Shown: positions 1 to 14,969, counted from the whole stretch's first letter. The stretch is 62,335 nt of DNA, filler included, from Dimorphilus gyrociliatus (GCA_904063045.1; 4 parts of 4 records of this genome joined end to end with filler, not necessarily neighbours in it); one strand, 5' to 3'. Program-made: numbers and translations. Notes: generated from the letters alone by a model not told the origin.

Positions 1-3000
1 TTCCACTGGATCTCAAAACTCCTGTTACATCATCAATAGTTACAGGGATATTTGACCTGATTAAACTATAAAACATTCCTTGAGTAGACCCTACATCTGT
101 ATCATTTGCCTGAACTTGCAAAAGATACTCATTTATTGATATTAACTCATCAACAGATACTGTATAATTTGCCTGTAGGAATTGAGGTTTTTCTGTGTTT
201 GGTAATGATTTTTCTGAACAATCATCATTTGTAAAACCATTCTTGCATTGACAAACATTTGGTGCAATGCATGTACCATTTCCAGAACAATCTGATTGAT
301 TTGCACATGAAGTTTTAGAGCAAGTTGCCCCAAACCACAGTGGATCACAAGAGCAATTGTCAAAAGAAAGACAGCTTCCATGGCCTGAACAAAAGTTTAA
401 AGACTGACAAGAATATTGAGAGCAACTGTTGCCTGAAAATCCCAAATCACATTTACACTCATTTGGTGAAATACAAGTCCCATTGGCTGAACATGGTGGA
501 TCACACAGCGGTTGACTGCAATTTCTTCCAGTAAACCCACTATCACATATACATTCTGTTGAATTTTTACATACTCCATGATTACTGCAGTCATTTAGTG
601 CAGGGCAAATTTTCAAATTCTCACAAAATTGACCTATAAATCCATTGTCACAAATGCATTTATTTGGTTCTACACATTCCCCATTCAATGAACAATCTTT
701 TTCACATATTGGATTAGAACAGGAAGTACCTTCCCATCCCTCTTTACATAAACATATATCAAATCCAATGCAAGATCCATGACTTGAACAATAGTTTACA
801 TCTTCACAGGTATAATCTGAACAAGTTGGTCCTGAATATCCCACTTGACACTTGCATTTGTCATGATCAATGCACACACCACCATTTAAACATCCATTAG
901 AGCATACAGCTATTTCAGAACAATTATCTTTTGTCCAACCTTCTTGACATTCACAAACACCAGTTTTCACACAAATTCCTCTTGATGAACAATTTCCTTT
1001 GCAAAAGGCTTTGATATCACATTTTGGTCCTTCAAAACCTTTTACACAGGAACAAAAGCCTTCAGAGCAATTGCCATTTACACATTCACCACAGTTGCCA
1101 ATCTGGCAGTAGTCTCCAGACCATCCATCAATACATAGGCATATCTTTTCCTGGCAGAATCCTCTATTTGAGCATTGATTTTTGCATTGTTTTAAAGTCA
1201 AAGCACCTTGTTTTGCCATTGTCTGATCATCTGACATAACAACATCATAAATACATTTGTTTTTGTCATCTTCACTAAAAGTCTCTCCCTTACATAATTT
1301 TGATGCAAGATCAATTTTTGATTGGGTTACATTTTCAAGATTGTAAACCGGTTTATGAGTGGGATCAAGATAGCTGGAGTCCATAATATCATCTTTATGA
1401 AAATTGGACAATGTAGATGACCAAGAGTTGAATGTACCACCATTTTCTCTAAAAGTATTCAACATTCTCCATGATTCAACAAAATCAATATGAGAAGTAA
1501 AACTTTGACCATTCGGACCCTTATAATCATCACTTGTATCATCATTCATCAGTCCACAAATGCCAGAAGTACGATTATGCATTTTGTTATCTGCAGTACT
1601 TGCCAAACTTAAATATTGACGTTGCAACTTTTCACTGAATGACGCTACAACTGTAATTGAAGCACCAGTGTTGATTTTTACAGATGTAATAAGAATTGAA
1701 GGATCATCATTTTGTAAAAGTAAAGATTTTGATGAAATATCAATTCGAACTGTGTCATTATCAAATGTCATTGAATGATTACTGTTCAAGTTATCAAGAA
1801 GAACACCATCTAACCTAAGGGAAGGAAAATCTTTAGAAGTTACATTTACTTTTGTAGATATTGTTAAAACAGAAAATTGGCCTATTTTAATTGCAAATGC
1901 TCCAATGAATGATGTTGTTTTATGGGCAAAAAATCGGTATTGATATGAAAGAGTGGGTGAGATACATCCCCAAAATTGGCCAATTCCAAAATAGTCAAAT
2001 TTTCTACCATCTAGAGTTTCCAAATGAGGATCTCCCCAAGCAATTGTTGGATTACGAATTTTACATGCACTGCCTATCCAAAATCTAGAACATATACATC
2101 TAGATTGGCAGTTACTTACTGGTGTACAAACGCCATGACCATTGCAGTTGTTGGATGGATTGCAAAGTGGCTGTTCACATTCCTTTCCTTTCCTTCCTGG
2201 TAAACAAATGCCATTTATTCCACATTGATTTTTGCAAAAGCATTCCCCAGAATGTGATCTCTTTTCCATAAAGCTCCTAGAGCATCCCGGGCAGATTTGG
2301 CAATGGCATAACCCATTTAGCAATCTGGACACAGATCCATCAGGACAGATACAAGGACAACTGTTGTATCTACTCTGAAGATCTTTTGCTGATCCATCAG
2401 GACAACAAAGGCAGGTTCCAGAATTGAATTTGAAACTATTTTCTCTTTTTCCTTTATCACATTTGCAAGCACACATACACTCATTATTTTTCTTGTTAAA
2501 GAATCCATAGCTAATTGCATTTTGAGAGACACAAGTACAAATATCATAATTACTTTTCTGTGTATAATTTAGACAATGGCTGCAAAAAAAAGCAGAATGT
2601 CTAATCAATTTTTTCAAAGATGATTAATAACTTGTAAACTGCTTTTGTATTTTGTCTTAGGTCTAAGCTACAAGATTTTTAATCTCAATGAAAAATCAAC
2701 AAGAATAGCATTGTAGGCTTTTCAAAGCCTGTATAGTATTTCTCTATTAATTCCTAATTGTATTAAACTTGCCTTTGGTAATAGTATGAAATACAATTGT
2801 TATAGCTCACCTGAACAAAACTAGCTGTTTGGTAATACAGTTTTGACAAAATAGATCCTTTTCATAACTGGAATGGGCTATTTTCCCAACAATTGATAAA
2901 TGTCTGAAATTTGCAGTAGCAGTATCAGGTGTATTATAATTGCATATATTTTCATCAGCATATCCACTCTGAATTTCCAATTCTTTAGTTATCTTCATAT

Positions 3001-6000
3001 AAATCAAAGATTCTTGTGTTGTTTTTAATGGAAGAGTTTTGACATTAATATCTATATGAATAATAAATTTAATCATGGTATAAATTTAGCATACATGTCC
3101 ATTAGACACTGCTCAAAGCCTTCTAACAGTCACCCAACTTGCTTGATATATAATATATATTATAATTATACAATATATAAAAAAGAACTCGAGAGATGAA
3201 TTCTAGTAAACATAATCTTGAATCAGCAGTTTGCTACCTGAAATCACAGCTTGTGTGACACAAATGGCAAGCTGTTCCTGCAACATTCACACTTGAGCAT
3301 TCACACTATTATACATTCAGACCATTATCACCACCACTCATAATGAAAAATGTTACTTTTGACCTAATATAATGACATGTTGAAATGAAAAAATTAAAAA
3401 CGTACCAGCAAGCCAGTTTTTTACAGATTTCTGGGTACCACTTTTTTTAAAGAATGTGTTATCTTTGCTGCCGTTTTCTTGCTTCTCCAATGGCCACTTT
3501 AGTGACAATTTTGCAGTAAATGGAATAGTCACTTTTCCATATCCTTTTCTATCCAGTATTGATTGACAATTTTTCCTTCTCATTTCTCTTTGTGTTTTAT
3601 AATTTTCAATTTTTCTTTTCTCATGAAAGATAAAACCAGTATGAGTTATACTGGAAAGGAAGCATTGATTTGAGTAAAGGGTCAGTTGGTCCTTCGATTC
3701 AAGTGATAGAGAACCAATTAATAATTCAGACAAAAAGATTACACCTGGAAATTTCAATCCATTAATGTCATAATAAAAAACGTATTTATTATCTTTCTGC
3801 AAAGCTCTTGGTACACTCTGAAAATATCTTATAGCTTTGTGAATAGAAATGTCATAACTAATATCTATATCGCTATTTGACCTCAATGACATTTTTAAAT
3901 ATTTCATGCCACCATCTCCCAGTATTTTGGTTTCCAATGTTGTCTCAAAAGATGAAATATATTTTGATGTAATTGAAATTGACATGTTGTCATTCTGTTT
4001 GAAGAGATAAAAGAGAATATTTCACATGTTTCATAACAGTAAATAGACTACAAACCTTGAGGGTGATATTTGGAAACACTTCATTTACAATAGGTGGAGT
4101 ATGTGTCAAATTGTTCCCATTTAAACTACCACTCTTTTTTAAAATTTCATCAAAATCATTATTCTCCACAGTAAAATTGTCAGTTAATGATCTTAAATTG
4201 ATTAATTCTATGGCTTTCCAACCATGCAATAAAGGTGTGGTATTGATTACATAACCCAAACTACTGGAAGCTTCTTGACCAATTATTAAAGTGTTGATAT
4301 CAACTATATCATCACTTTCTGAATAATACAAACTCTCGTAAAAATTAGCATCATTTTTACAGCCTATTTCATGAGACCAAAGCTTTATTTTATCAAAATT
4401 TTCACTCTCCAATCCACTCTGTGTGAAATTAACCAAGTTAGTTTCTAAGAAAATGTCTTTATTCACTGTTTTCTCTAATTTGACAACTTTTTCCAAGAAA
4501 TGACAAGAATTCTCTACAAATACAACATCCTTTTTCTTGTATTGCTCAGATGTTTTGACAATGATGTAGTAGGACCACAACTGTAAATCTTTATAAATAT
4601 ATTCTTCACCTAAACATTTCATATTCATTTGTTTAGTTATAGTTTTCCTTTGCTGATTTGATTGAAGAAATTTCAGCAGTTCATTGTTTGAAGGAGCCAA
4701 ATTCCATTGATTTTTTTCAGTAATACTTGGATCTTTAAATATCCCATTTACCTTGAAATGTCCATACTTAAAAACATTCAATGGATTAATTTGATATCCA
4801 ATCAAAACTCTGTAATTCAATAGTGGGGTTGTATAATTTATGATTTTATGATGAACTCCAACATCTTTGCCACTTACGATAACATTATCATTTAGCCTAA
4901 ACTCATCATCTCCATTCAAAATAAATATTTCATATTGGCCATTGATATCTCCATTTAATTTCTCTTTACTTTTGCATTTATATAATCTGGATGATTCTTT
5001 GATTTTAATAACATTTTCTTCAAATTGAATGTTATTGATTCTCTGTTCAGAAGTCAACTCTGGCTCCGGAAATCCATTTTTACAAATGTTTTCGTCCCAT
5101 ACTTTACATCCAGTTGATGTTGTTTTGTAACAATTTCTAATATCAATGCATTGTTCACATTCCACATTGTTAGTACTAGAACAGTAGTGCTCATTACAAT
5201 TCAGTGATAATATTTCCTTTGAACAGTTGTTAGGTTGTATTGTTAAGCAGTTCCAAAAAAACCAATCAGAACAGGGTTTATATGGCGTATCAGGTGTACC
5301 TGGAAGGCAAGTCTGAGTAGTATCGCACCACCCACATCCATCTTTATTGGTACATTGCCTACATGATGTATACCTAGGACATTTGGATATTGAGCACCTT
5401 GTACCATACCATCCTGGGTTACATTGGCAAGTATTTGGACCAACACAAGTTCCATGGTTGTTACAATGTCCAATATCTTTACAAGTAAACTGTGAACAGT
5501 CAGACTTTGTCCATCCTGAATTGCAAATGCATACTGATCCAAGACAGATACCATTTTTGAAACAATTATTTCTACATGAGCTAACCTGGTATTCTTTACA
5601 GACAAAAGGTTTAATGATGTCATTTTTCAGATGATTTGTAAACTGTGTCTGCAATGGATCTCCATTTTCAATCCAGATGTCAGGCACAACTAGATTTTTG
5701 GTACTATTTGTATAATCCCTTCCTCTAAGTATCTCTGTGATATCTTTATAATTGGAGAAAAGATGTATTGTCATTAGTTGGGAAAAATGGTTAAGACACC
5801 ATAATTTGGCATCATCATAACTTAATGGTCCAAAGTGAAAAAAAAAGCAAGAATTTTCTATTTCTTTCCATCCACCAAAACCACAAGAAGAACTTAGATG
5901 ATTATCTTGAGGTAAATTCAGAAAATTTTCTGAATAATCAAGAATTGGAAGTAAAGAGTTATGTCTTCCATCATAGATTCTTTCATGAATTTTACTTGTA

Positions 6001-9000
6001 GGAGTTTCACCCCACCAATTTTTAGTACAATTTTTAGAAAGTAGACCAGTTGAATTTCTGTAACAGGCTATTTGAAAGCAGCTAGAATCATCATTCAAAA
6101 CATTTGATGTAACTTGAAGAAATTCAGCAGATGTGTATATAATATTTCTTTGTGTTTTTGCTTTTGCTACTGAATTTTCACTAAATACACAATCTGTAAT
6201 CAACAATTTCCCTTCCTTTAATGTTGGCAGATGGAGTATTATATTTTCTTTAGCTGTATTCTGATAAAATGTACTTTTACTTAAAACCAAATCTCCATTG
6301 ATAACATGCAATAAATTTTTATTACTGGAACACTGATCAAAGAGAACTTGTTCAAAAAATACTTCAACTCTGTCTTCGTGGTTCAGATTGCGAATTTCAA
6401 AAAGAGAATCTTGAACAGCATCATTCTGATGAAATGTACATTGAGTTATATAAATTTTCAAATTGTCATTCTTTATAAAATGATTTTCAAAATTCACTAT
6501 TTCCATTAACCGTTGTTTTGAATCATGAATATTTAAATTTTTTAAATAAATAAATGACCTCCTACTCTTAACTGCAATAGGAAATGCAGTTGACGAAAAT
6601 TTCAAATTTTCAAAATGAAAGAGACTTTGGTGTTTTAAAGTGTCATAATGGATATTTAAAGACACTATTTTGTCATGATCAAATGAACTGTTCACAATAT
6701 GATATTCGGCTTTTCTGTTTTCCTCACTGCAATAAATGAATTCGGTATATCCAAAAGTTATACAAGAAGTTATAAACTTTTGTATTCTGATTGAAAATTG
6801 ATGATATCTCATTTCAAATACTGGAATATCATAATCAGTCCACTCCTTACTAAAAGTAGATTCAAATTCCACTACCATTTCTTTTTGAGTTTCATTAATT
6901 TTCCCAAAAACAGTGATTAGGTAACTATCACGACTTATCAAATGAATTCGTAAGAAACAAAAATTTTGGTCGAAATAAAGATTTTTATGAAAAATGTTTA
7001 TATAGTCTCTAAATTCCCATTGTGGATTAAAAGTAAATGCTTTTTCAAAATTATATATTGGTTTAGTATCATCACAAATTTTGTCTGTATCTAATAGAGG
7101 AATTAAATTCTGTCCCCAATTACTTTCTATTTTCCAACCACATAGAGATTCGTTGAATGTACACTGGGTAACTTTGAAGACAAACAATTGAAAAGAGTGA
7201 GTACATTATCATAGAATTTTTGTAAAAAATTATTACCCACCTGGTCTTTTAGTTGAAGAGAAGAGTAATACCAAACGCTCCCTATAATCAGCATAGTCTA
7301 TATCATAGTTTAAGTGTATTTGAATATCATTTTCATATATATACAATGGACTCTGAAATTCGGGAATTATATGATGAATTATAAGATTATCAAATGTTTT
7401 AAAATTTACCCTATATTTTTCCCATTTCCGAAAAATTGATGCTCCATTTTGTAATTTAATTTTTATAACTAAATCGTTTGGGTATCCTTTCAAAACATTA
7501 ACTTTAAAAATGAACCCATCAGGAACTTTTAACTTTGCAGTACATCCAGAGTGAAAAACATTCAAACCAAACGAATCAAATAATAATTCTTTATCTTTCA
7601 AATTGTAAACTGTTCCAATTGAACAAAATGTAATTGATGAAAATTTTGCATATTTAGAAGGATTCGAATATGACATGTGACTATTTTGCTGGTCTAATTC
7701 AACTGATCTACCATTGTTCTTAAATTGGCTATTCTGAATAGTAAGTTTCTTGAATGAACCCTTTAAATTCAGTCCACATTCAGTCATAGATTCTACAAGA
7801 ACATTAGATATCATTGCAGTTTTTACTCCATTTGATCCAGTGATTTGTAAGCCATTGGGAGAGGATGAGAAAATTGAATTTCCAACAAAAACATCATCTT
7901 CAACTGCCAAATTTAGGCCAACTCTATCAAATCGAGAATTCTGAACATAGCTAGTTTTCCCATTCAAATTTACAATTTCGGAATGATAAAGTATTGGAAA
8001 GCAATTGACAGTTAAGAAACTTCCATAATCTGATTTTATAAATTTATGACACTCTATTAAGGTCTCTGCATTTGAGCAATCTAGAATATATTCTGATTTT
8101 GGAAAAGAATTACTTGGTTCTGAAATTTCTGCTGTAAATTCTGGAAAATTGCAGATAAATTAAAGTTGAATATGTAAAGAAGAAAAGAAAAGTTTTAAAT
8201 GCTTTGTGCTTATTCACATAATTTTAGGCAAATTTTGACTTAGCTACAAAGGTTTGCCTGTCTTTTAGGGTGATACAAACACGAAATATTCAACAACTAA
8301 GAGTTAACTAGTTACCTGGAAATATTAATTGGTTGAAATGTTGACAGACCAGCTCATTTATATGAAAACGTTGCTCCAAATTGCTGTCTTTTGTTATATT
8401 AAATGAAACAATTCCTCCTGAGTAAAGTAGATAATAATCCTTCTTAAGTTCTTCTAGGCTAAAATTTCCAAATTTAAATGGTGCTTGAGTGATGAGAACT
8501 TGTTCTTTTTTAGTTGAATTACCAATATACAAGTCCCCATTCACTATTAAATATTTCCCGTGATTCATTGTTATTTTTGTATTGTTTTGTAAAATTTCTA
8601 AATTTCCATTGACTACTGTTGTATCTTTAATAAAGATATTTCCGGAAAGTGTTTGATGCCCATCTAAATAACCTTGTATAGTGGTATTTGATTTTCTTTG
8701 TTCTTGTTCAAAATATTTCAGTATGGTCAGCTGTTGGTCCAAATAACTTGGAGATAAATTCACTTTTGCCAACATACCATTTTTATTTCCATCATATACT
8801 TTTGAATTATATTGTTGAGTATTGATATAATTATGTGTGACGTTGAATTGACAACGATCAATGGCGCTTACATCGCAAACAAGTTGACAATCTATTTCAT
8901 AAGTACTTTTTCTATTATTCAGAATGTTTCGAGAGATTAATGGAAAACTCTCCCCTTCAAGTCTGAATGAAGAATCGACAATATTCCCCAAAAATCTATT

Positions 9001-11327
9001 ATCAGTGATACTAATCTGATTTTGGTTGGAATTAAAAAATCTTAAAAGAACTGCTGCACCACTTATTTTACAATCTTGAAAGAGATTGTTAGAAAATATG
9101 AGTTTTGAATTGGAGGCTAACAATTTCAGACCATACCATCCAACAAAATTTTCAATCACATTATTTCTAATTAAAATATTTTTGCTTTCATTAGTGGAAA
9201 TTTTTAAATTATTTAAACTTAGGAAATTACTTTCTGCAGAGCAATTAATAAAGTGATTATTCTCTATAAATAGACTGTACTTATTATTTTCAATATTGAA
9301 AATATTCTTAGATTGTTGATTGACATTTGTATTATTTCTGTAAATGAATGTTATAGATCTTGATGGATCAGTAGATCTTTCTCCCTCTATTTTAATGAAA
9401 TCATCTTCATTTGTTACATTTGACAAAATTTCAAATGTATTATTCACAAAGATTACTTTCAAAGTTTTTTCTTTGTCGCTTTTTTCAATTTTTATCTTAC
9501 TATATCCTTTGATGATATTATCTTTGAATATGAAATCTCCATCACTTGGACCATAATCATTTAATCTCCATTTATCTTTAAAATCAGAGGAGATTTTATT
9601 ATTAATAATCTCCACATGATTATTATGAAACAAGTTAACATTTGACTCAGACTCAAGGTAGTTGTTTGAAACTTTTATCATACCCAGAAAAAATGAAATA
9701 TCTATTGGATACTTTAAAAACAATATTTAAATTTTAAATTTTTTTGAAATTAAAAATTTACAGACTTGAAAAAATTTGTTCTCAGTAATTTCCATTGTTG
9801 AACGTTTAATAATGTCTTTGTAAGAGTTCAAAGACAATCCATAAATTGACTTATTGAATGTACAATTTGATATTATAATTTCAACATTTTCTGCAATTCT
9901 ACGATCGTTTTCTTTCAGATCTATTGAAGAATTGTGAAAATAACTAGAATGTATTTGAAAAATTTTGTTGTGAATTCTAAGTTTTCTTAGGCCTAGTTTG
10001 CAATCTATTAATGTTACATTATATAATTGCCAAGTTTGCGGTGAATAGTTCATATTAATAGCATAGTATTTTTGAAAAGATGATATATGAATATTGGTGA
10101 GAAGGCTGATTCCTTTAAAAAAAAAAAAAAGAAATATATGTTATTTAGCTTATGATCTTCATTTTCTAAAGTTATAACCTTTGCTCGCAAAACTAATACG
10201 CATTATTGCGCTAATATAAGAGCATTGAAAGGTTACATTCCAACTCTGAGATTGAAAAATAGACGAGTCAAATGTTTGATTCATATTAGAAATAAGTTCA
10301 TTTCCATCAAAAACATTACATTTCCATGTGGAATATCTGTCAAAGTTTATATTTATAATTTGATCTTCTCTGGCTTTAAATGTCTATAAAGTGTTAAAAA
10401 TATTCAGAATTGAAAGAAAAGAAATAAGAAATATGTTACTTTAAAAAATCCATTTGATTGACGAACATCATAATATATTGGATATGGTATGTCATTTTCG
10501 TCGCAAATCTTGCAAGTCAACTCTGTATATATATATTCTGTTTCTGGTTTATCCAAATGTATAGCAGACAGAGCATGATCACCTAATGAATATATATATA
10601 ATGTGTAAATGGGAAAAAATTTTATCAAAACTCATTCCGTTACCAATAGATTTGACGTCATCAATTATCAATACATTTCTAGATCTAATATAAATGCCAA
10701 AACCATTGTTATTTTCTAAAGAAATCGATGATAGATTATAGTTGTGTGACATGCTGTCGCTTATTATAGAAATTGCACTTTTAGAAGTAGAATTTCGAAT
10801 TTGGATATTTCTATTTTAGGGAAAAAAGCGTTGATAATTAATGAAAATAAGATGAAAATATACCTGAAATGTAGAATATTGCAATCCCGAAAATGGACTG
10901 CTGCCTTTTCACTTATTACATTTAAAACAGATACTCTGGGTGAATTTTTTACAAAAATTCCATTATCTAAAAATATAAATTCCTTTGAGAATTCCATCTC
11001 TTTTTAATCAATTAAAGAAAACCTACTTTCATCATATTCTATTTCAATATCGTCTCTGTTGCCAACATTTTCAACATTCATAATAATTGGATTATCAATT
11101 AATCCATTGATTGTCACTTCGCCAGAATCTACGATTATCTTACTGAAATTTGATACAAAGGTTAATTTTGCTCCGGGTAGAATGACTAACGAAGATGGTT
11201 GAACAATTCCGATTATCTTATGGTATCCCGACGGAATGACCATATCTCTATTATCAATTGTATCATTGTATTCAACACAGGATATCCACCATAATTTTAT
11301 TGTCAGCAGAAAAATCAATGTATTCAT
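1..11327 (-). CDS. Giant multi-exon extracellular or cell-surface protein (about 3,000 aa or more, 3' end beyond position 1). Signal peptide, beta-helix (PbH1) blocks, CUB-like, degenerate SRCR-like, MAM, C-type lectin, EGF x2, PSI, Cys-rich region, VWD, about 10 EGF repeats, start of a cadherin repeat
   Basis: Start MNTLIFLLTIKLWWISC at 11327. ORFs 11004-11327, 10764-10997, 10404-10628, 9727-10053, 8308-9723, 7233-7967, 3990-7187 and 3353-3985 join through GT-AG introns of mostly 50-70 nt. Manual translation of 2579 to 1 is open and has WGDPHLETLDGRKFDYFGIGQF (VWD), tandem CxxxCxxxGxC..CxCxxGWxGxxC EGFs and PQFLQANYTVSVDE..QVQANDTDVG (cadherin). Other motifs: CTFNESLCGW (MAM), WKEIENSCFFF (CTL), CRQCTNKDGCGWC (PSI). 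Confidence 0.8.
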
Positions 11328-12619
11328 TATTGATTGCTTTTAAAATGCGATTTAGCCTACACTATCAATAAATTCTCTTTTCTTTCTGCTCTACTTTTCC
11401 GTCATGCAAAATGTGATCAAAACACAAAATAGTAAGAACTGGAAGTACTTCTTTGTTGATTTATATATCTAAGATCAAATATTTCAAGTTAGAAAATGTA
11501 GGTTTCCTATTGAAATTTGTCTTTTGTCATTTAAATGATGACAGAATGAAAGTAGAATTTGAGAAAAAAGTATAATAGCTTTCGAAAGTACCTTCAAAAT
11601 CTGTATTATTGTTGGAATTTCTTTTCATATACAGTATAGGCAAAAAGTGCCCAGCCACCTTGTAAAATTTTTAGTTTTGATAATAAGATATACAAGCAAT
11701 TTAATTATTTTCCCCTTTTAATTTGTTGTTTACAGATCATTTAAAAATAGATTTTTGGAATTGTTCCAACTGTTCTTTTCCGATAGTATGAATAAAACCA
11801 CTGATGAATAATGTATGTTTTGCGTGGTTAAAGAATGGTTATAAATATTATATTGACATAAAGGATGCGACCACAACAAACAATAGGCCTAACATACGTC
11901 TTTATTGTTGTAATACATTGAAATATTTGTCTTCTACTATTAAATCGCAAATCTTAACAACCAAAACATCCAATTTTTAAAAATTGTACTTAGTTTTATT
12001 ACAATTGAAGGAATTTCTTACTCATCACAACTACATTGTATATATGTTCTTTTCAATCATTTAATAATTTGTCAAAGTACATGTATTTACACAAATAGAA
12101 CATTTAAAGTTGGAAATTTATAATAGTTGACTCCTATTTCAAATGGACAGTTTGCTGGAAAATAAGGAAGAGGTGAGAATAAGAGATTTTCAAATTGTTC
12201 AAACAACAAGTAGATCATCATAATTCATTATCATCTATTTCTATAATTGTGATAGCCCCAGTTTTTCTCTTCTAGCCGTTTTTTCTTTTCAGACCAAATA
12301 CAGTTTTTTATTCCAAAACATATTAGTCCAATAGCCAAATTAAAAATCGTAATACTTTGAATACTACTTACAAGCTCAGCTAAGGGAGGCTTATCCATTT
12401 TCAGATTATTTGACACTGTCACTTTTAAAATCCTGTCATTTCCTTTAATTTGAATATATAAAGCACAAAACGAAAATAAAACATCTAAAAAAAATCCATG
12501 TGGTTGTATGTGCCACTGAAAGAACTGCGTAATCTTTTGAAATATTATAAAAATTGTTCTGATGTTCATTGATAGGCTACTATTATTAATCCTTATTGGT
12601 AGCATGCGCTACAGAGAGG

Positions 12620-13260
12620 AGACCATCAGTGATAATCTCAGATAATTATCCAACATTCAAAGGCATGGCCCAGGAGCCAAATCAAATAGACTGGAGATTT
12701 ATTCACTAAGGCTCCCTACCAAGGAGGATTATGGGAAGTAGCCGTGAAGGCAGCCAAGTACTTGACAAAGCCTTACTTACACAACCAATGGTCTCACCAG
12801 AAGTGGCAGATGCTGTGGTCATTGATCGAAAAGGTGATCAATGACAAGCCACTCCAGCAGCCACTGGACGACCCTGACCAATTATTGGTAACGCCTAATG
12901 CAATTAAGAGAACACAAGGGGAGCTACGATGGAGCGAGAGCAGATGGAGTCAGAAATGCTGGAATGAGATGCAAAGGCAATGGAGGAAGATCTATGCGCA
13001 TGAGTTAGAAAGACAACAACGGAAAACGAGAGGAGAAAGAAAGCTACAGGTTGGAGATAGAGTGATAATATCAGTGAGTGTATATCAGTATGTATGTCAG
13101 TGGATATCAGTGTGAGTCGGCGTCACTTAAAGGGCTAACTTGACTTAGCCAAAGCTAGGATGGTCCAGTTGAATCGATGCTACATCACGGGAGAGAAGAG
13201 AAAAGCACCCAGTTAAATGACGCCAGCAAGCTATAAAAGAGTGTGAATAAAACTGACTAT
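12620..13260 (+). mobile_element. Bel/Pao LTR-retrotransposon remnant (integrase C-terminus and DUF5641-like tail, possible LTR piece)
   Basis: Locally GC-richer. Translates to APYQGGLWEVAVKAAK...LIEKVINDKPL...LVTPN...RQWRKIYAHELERQQRK...LQVGDRVII, matching Bel/Pao integrase motifs. An in-frame stop is present. Confidence 0.75.
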
Positions 13261-13809
13261 AATTAATATGTCAAATGATTAGGTTGGGAACAAGTAAAAC
13301 ACCAAAAAAAATCGGACGTTTTTCTCCCGCACCAAATCTTTTTTCCAATTATCTGTATAATATATTTGTTATAATTTCAGATAAATGAAATATCATTAAT
13401 TCATGTTTTAGAAGAAATAGTTCATTAGACAATCATAAAGTGTTAATTGTCTATAAATTAGAAGAATTAAAAAAAAAGAACCACGAATTCTGATATATGG
13501 ATAGAAAAATTCACATCTACACAAAGAAAACTTTTAATGACATTTATAAAAAAAAAAAGACCATTTTCAGTTTGAATAGATTGTAATAATTGAACTCTAT
13601 TGTAAAGAATTATGCCTGATTAAATACAACAATAAAAATCTTTATATAAAATATTTTGAATTTTATATATAGAGAATATATTAAATACTTTGAAAAAAAA
13701 AAGTGAATGTATTGTCTATGTTAAACAATGGGACAAAATCTTTTTGTATATATAATCTAAAGTATCATATTAAATGAATCTGTACTCTTATATGATTTCT
13801 AACTATTAA

Positions 13810-14969
13810 ATGATGATTTCAAAAATATTCCTCTCCTTTCTAGTTTTAAATTTATCAATTGAAATATTTGCAAATCAAATTTATGTGGAAAAATCAAGTT
13901 GAAATAAATAATTTTTTTTTGCTATTTAAAAAATAGAATGTTAACTGTTTTCTTTCATTTTTTTTTCCAGTTTGCAAACAATTTACTGGAATGTCGAATG
14001 TAAAATTGAAAAATAGTAAAGGTGTAAGAATAACTTCAAATATTGAAAGGGAAGAATGTATTGAATCTTGCGCAAACGATACGCTGTGTACAAGCGTTGA
14101 ATACAATACGATATCAAAGGATTGTCGAAGAAAAGATTTTGGATCTTATGGATATAATACAAAATATGAAAATAATACTTTCTATTATACAAAAATACTC
14201 AATCCAAGTAAAATAAACAAAATATTTTTGTCTTTTTACAAAATCAAAGTTTTTCTAACTTTTTATTTAAAGGCTGTGAACATTGGAATGATTTCACTAC
14301 TCAACATATTACCAATTGTGATCCTTGCATTGTTAAAGTTACATACAACGTTAGTTTATCTACATGCAAACAAATTTGTTTAAAAGATAAAACATGCTAT
14401 TCAATAAGCGAATATTCTGATTGTGTTGGACTCTCTACAGTTTCAGTTCTTGGCTCAATGAGTCAGGGTTCAATAGTTCATAGTCGTAAACCTTTATGTC
14501 TAAGTAAGTTATTCTCAAATTGAGGTTTGTTTTGTTTAAGAATCAAAAAATATAGAAATCATTTTAATCAGAATTATTTAACATCTCTACTGAAAATTTC
14601 TGTGTATCCTCCTCCAAAGAAATGTTGGTTAGTTCACTTGGAGATGGAAATTTAGAATGCTTATTTGATAGTACGAAAATTCCAATAGATGGAAGAATTA
14701 TATTTACTTCAGCAGCAAACGTATCTGGACAAATTGAAGTGACTATTTATAAAGTAAACACTACTCAGTGTCAAGACATTTATGTTTTAAATAATGAAAA
14801 TAACAAATCTATCATTTGTAATCTTATAAACAACATAGATAATTTATGTAGATATGTCTGTTCTGGCAAAAACTACAATACTATTATTGTGCACAGTTTT
14901 TCAAACCAAAACACTTTTTGTGAAATTCAACTTTCGTCAAAGTCTGATGTTGTTGGTGTATGCGTTTGA
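13810..14969 (+). CDS. Secreted multi-exon protein with PAN/Apple-like domain(s) and a C-terminal Cys-containing domain
   Basis: ATG 13810 MMISKIFLSFLVLNLSIEIFA (signal peptide). Intron to ttttccag, then EECIESCANDTLCTSVEYNTISKDC (PAN pattern) and a second CKQICLKDKTCYSI pattern. Last exon is ORF 14622-14969. Confidence 0.6.

Noticed and set aside
10970-11030. In-frame TAA suggesting stop readthrough, a 27-nt mini-intron or a ciliate-type genetic code
   Set aside because: An ordinary phase-1 intron of about 60 nt (GAA A/GTAGG...TTTTTAG/AT AAT) removes the stop; long ORFs elsewhere read normally with the standard code
11500-12605. Membrane-protein-like ORF 12231-12605 and neighbouring fragments
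   Set aside because: Hydrophobicity is expected from T-rich DNA; no convincing start, splice path or family motif
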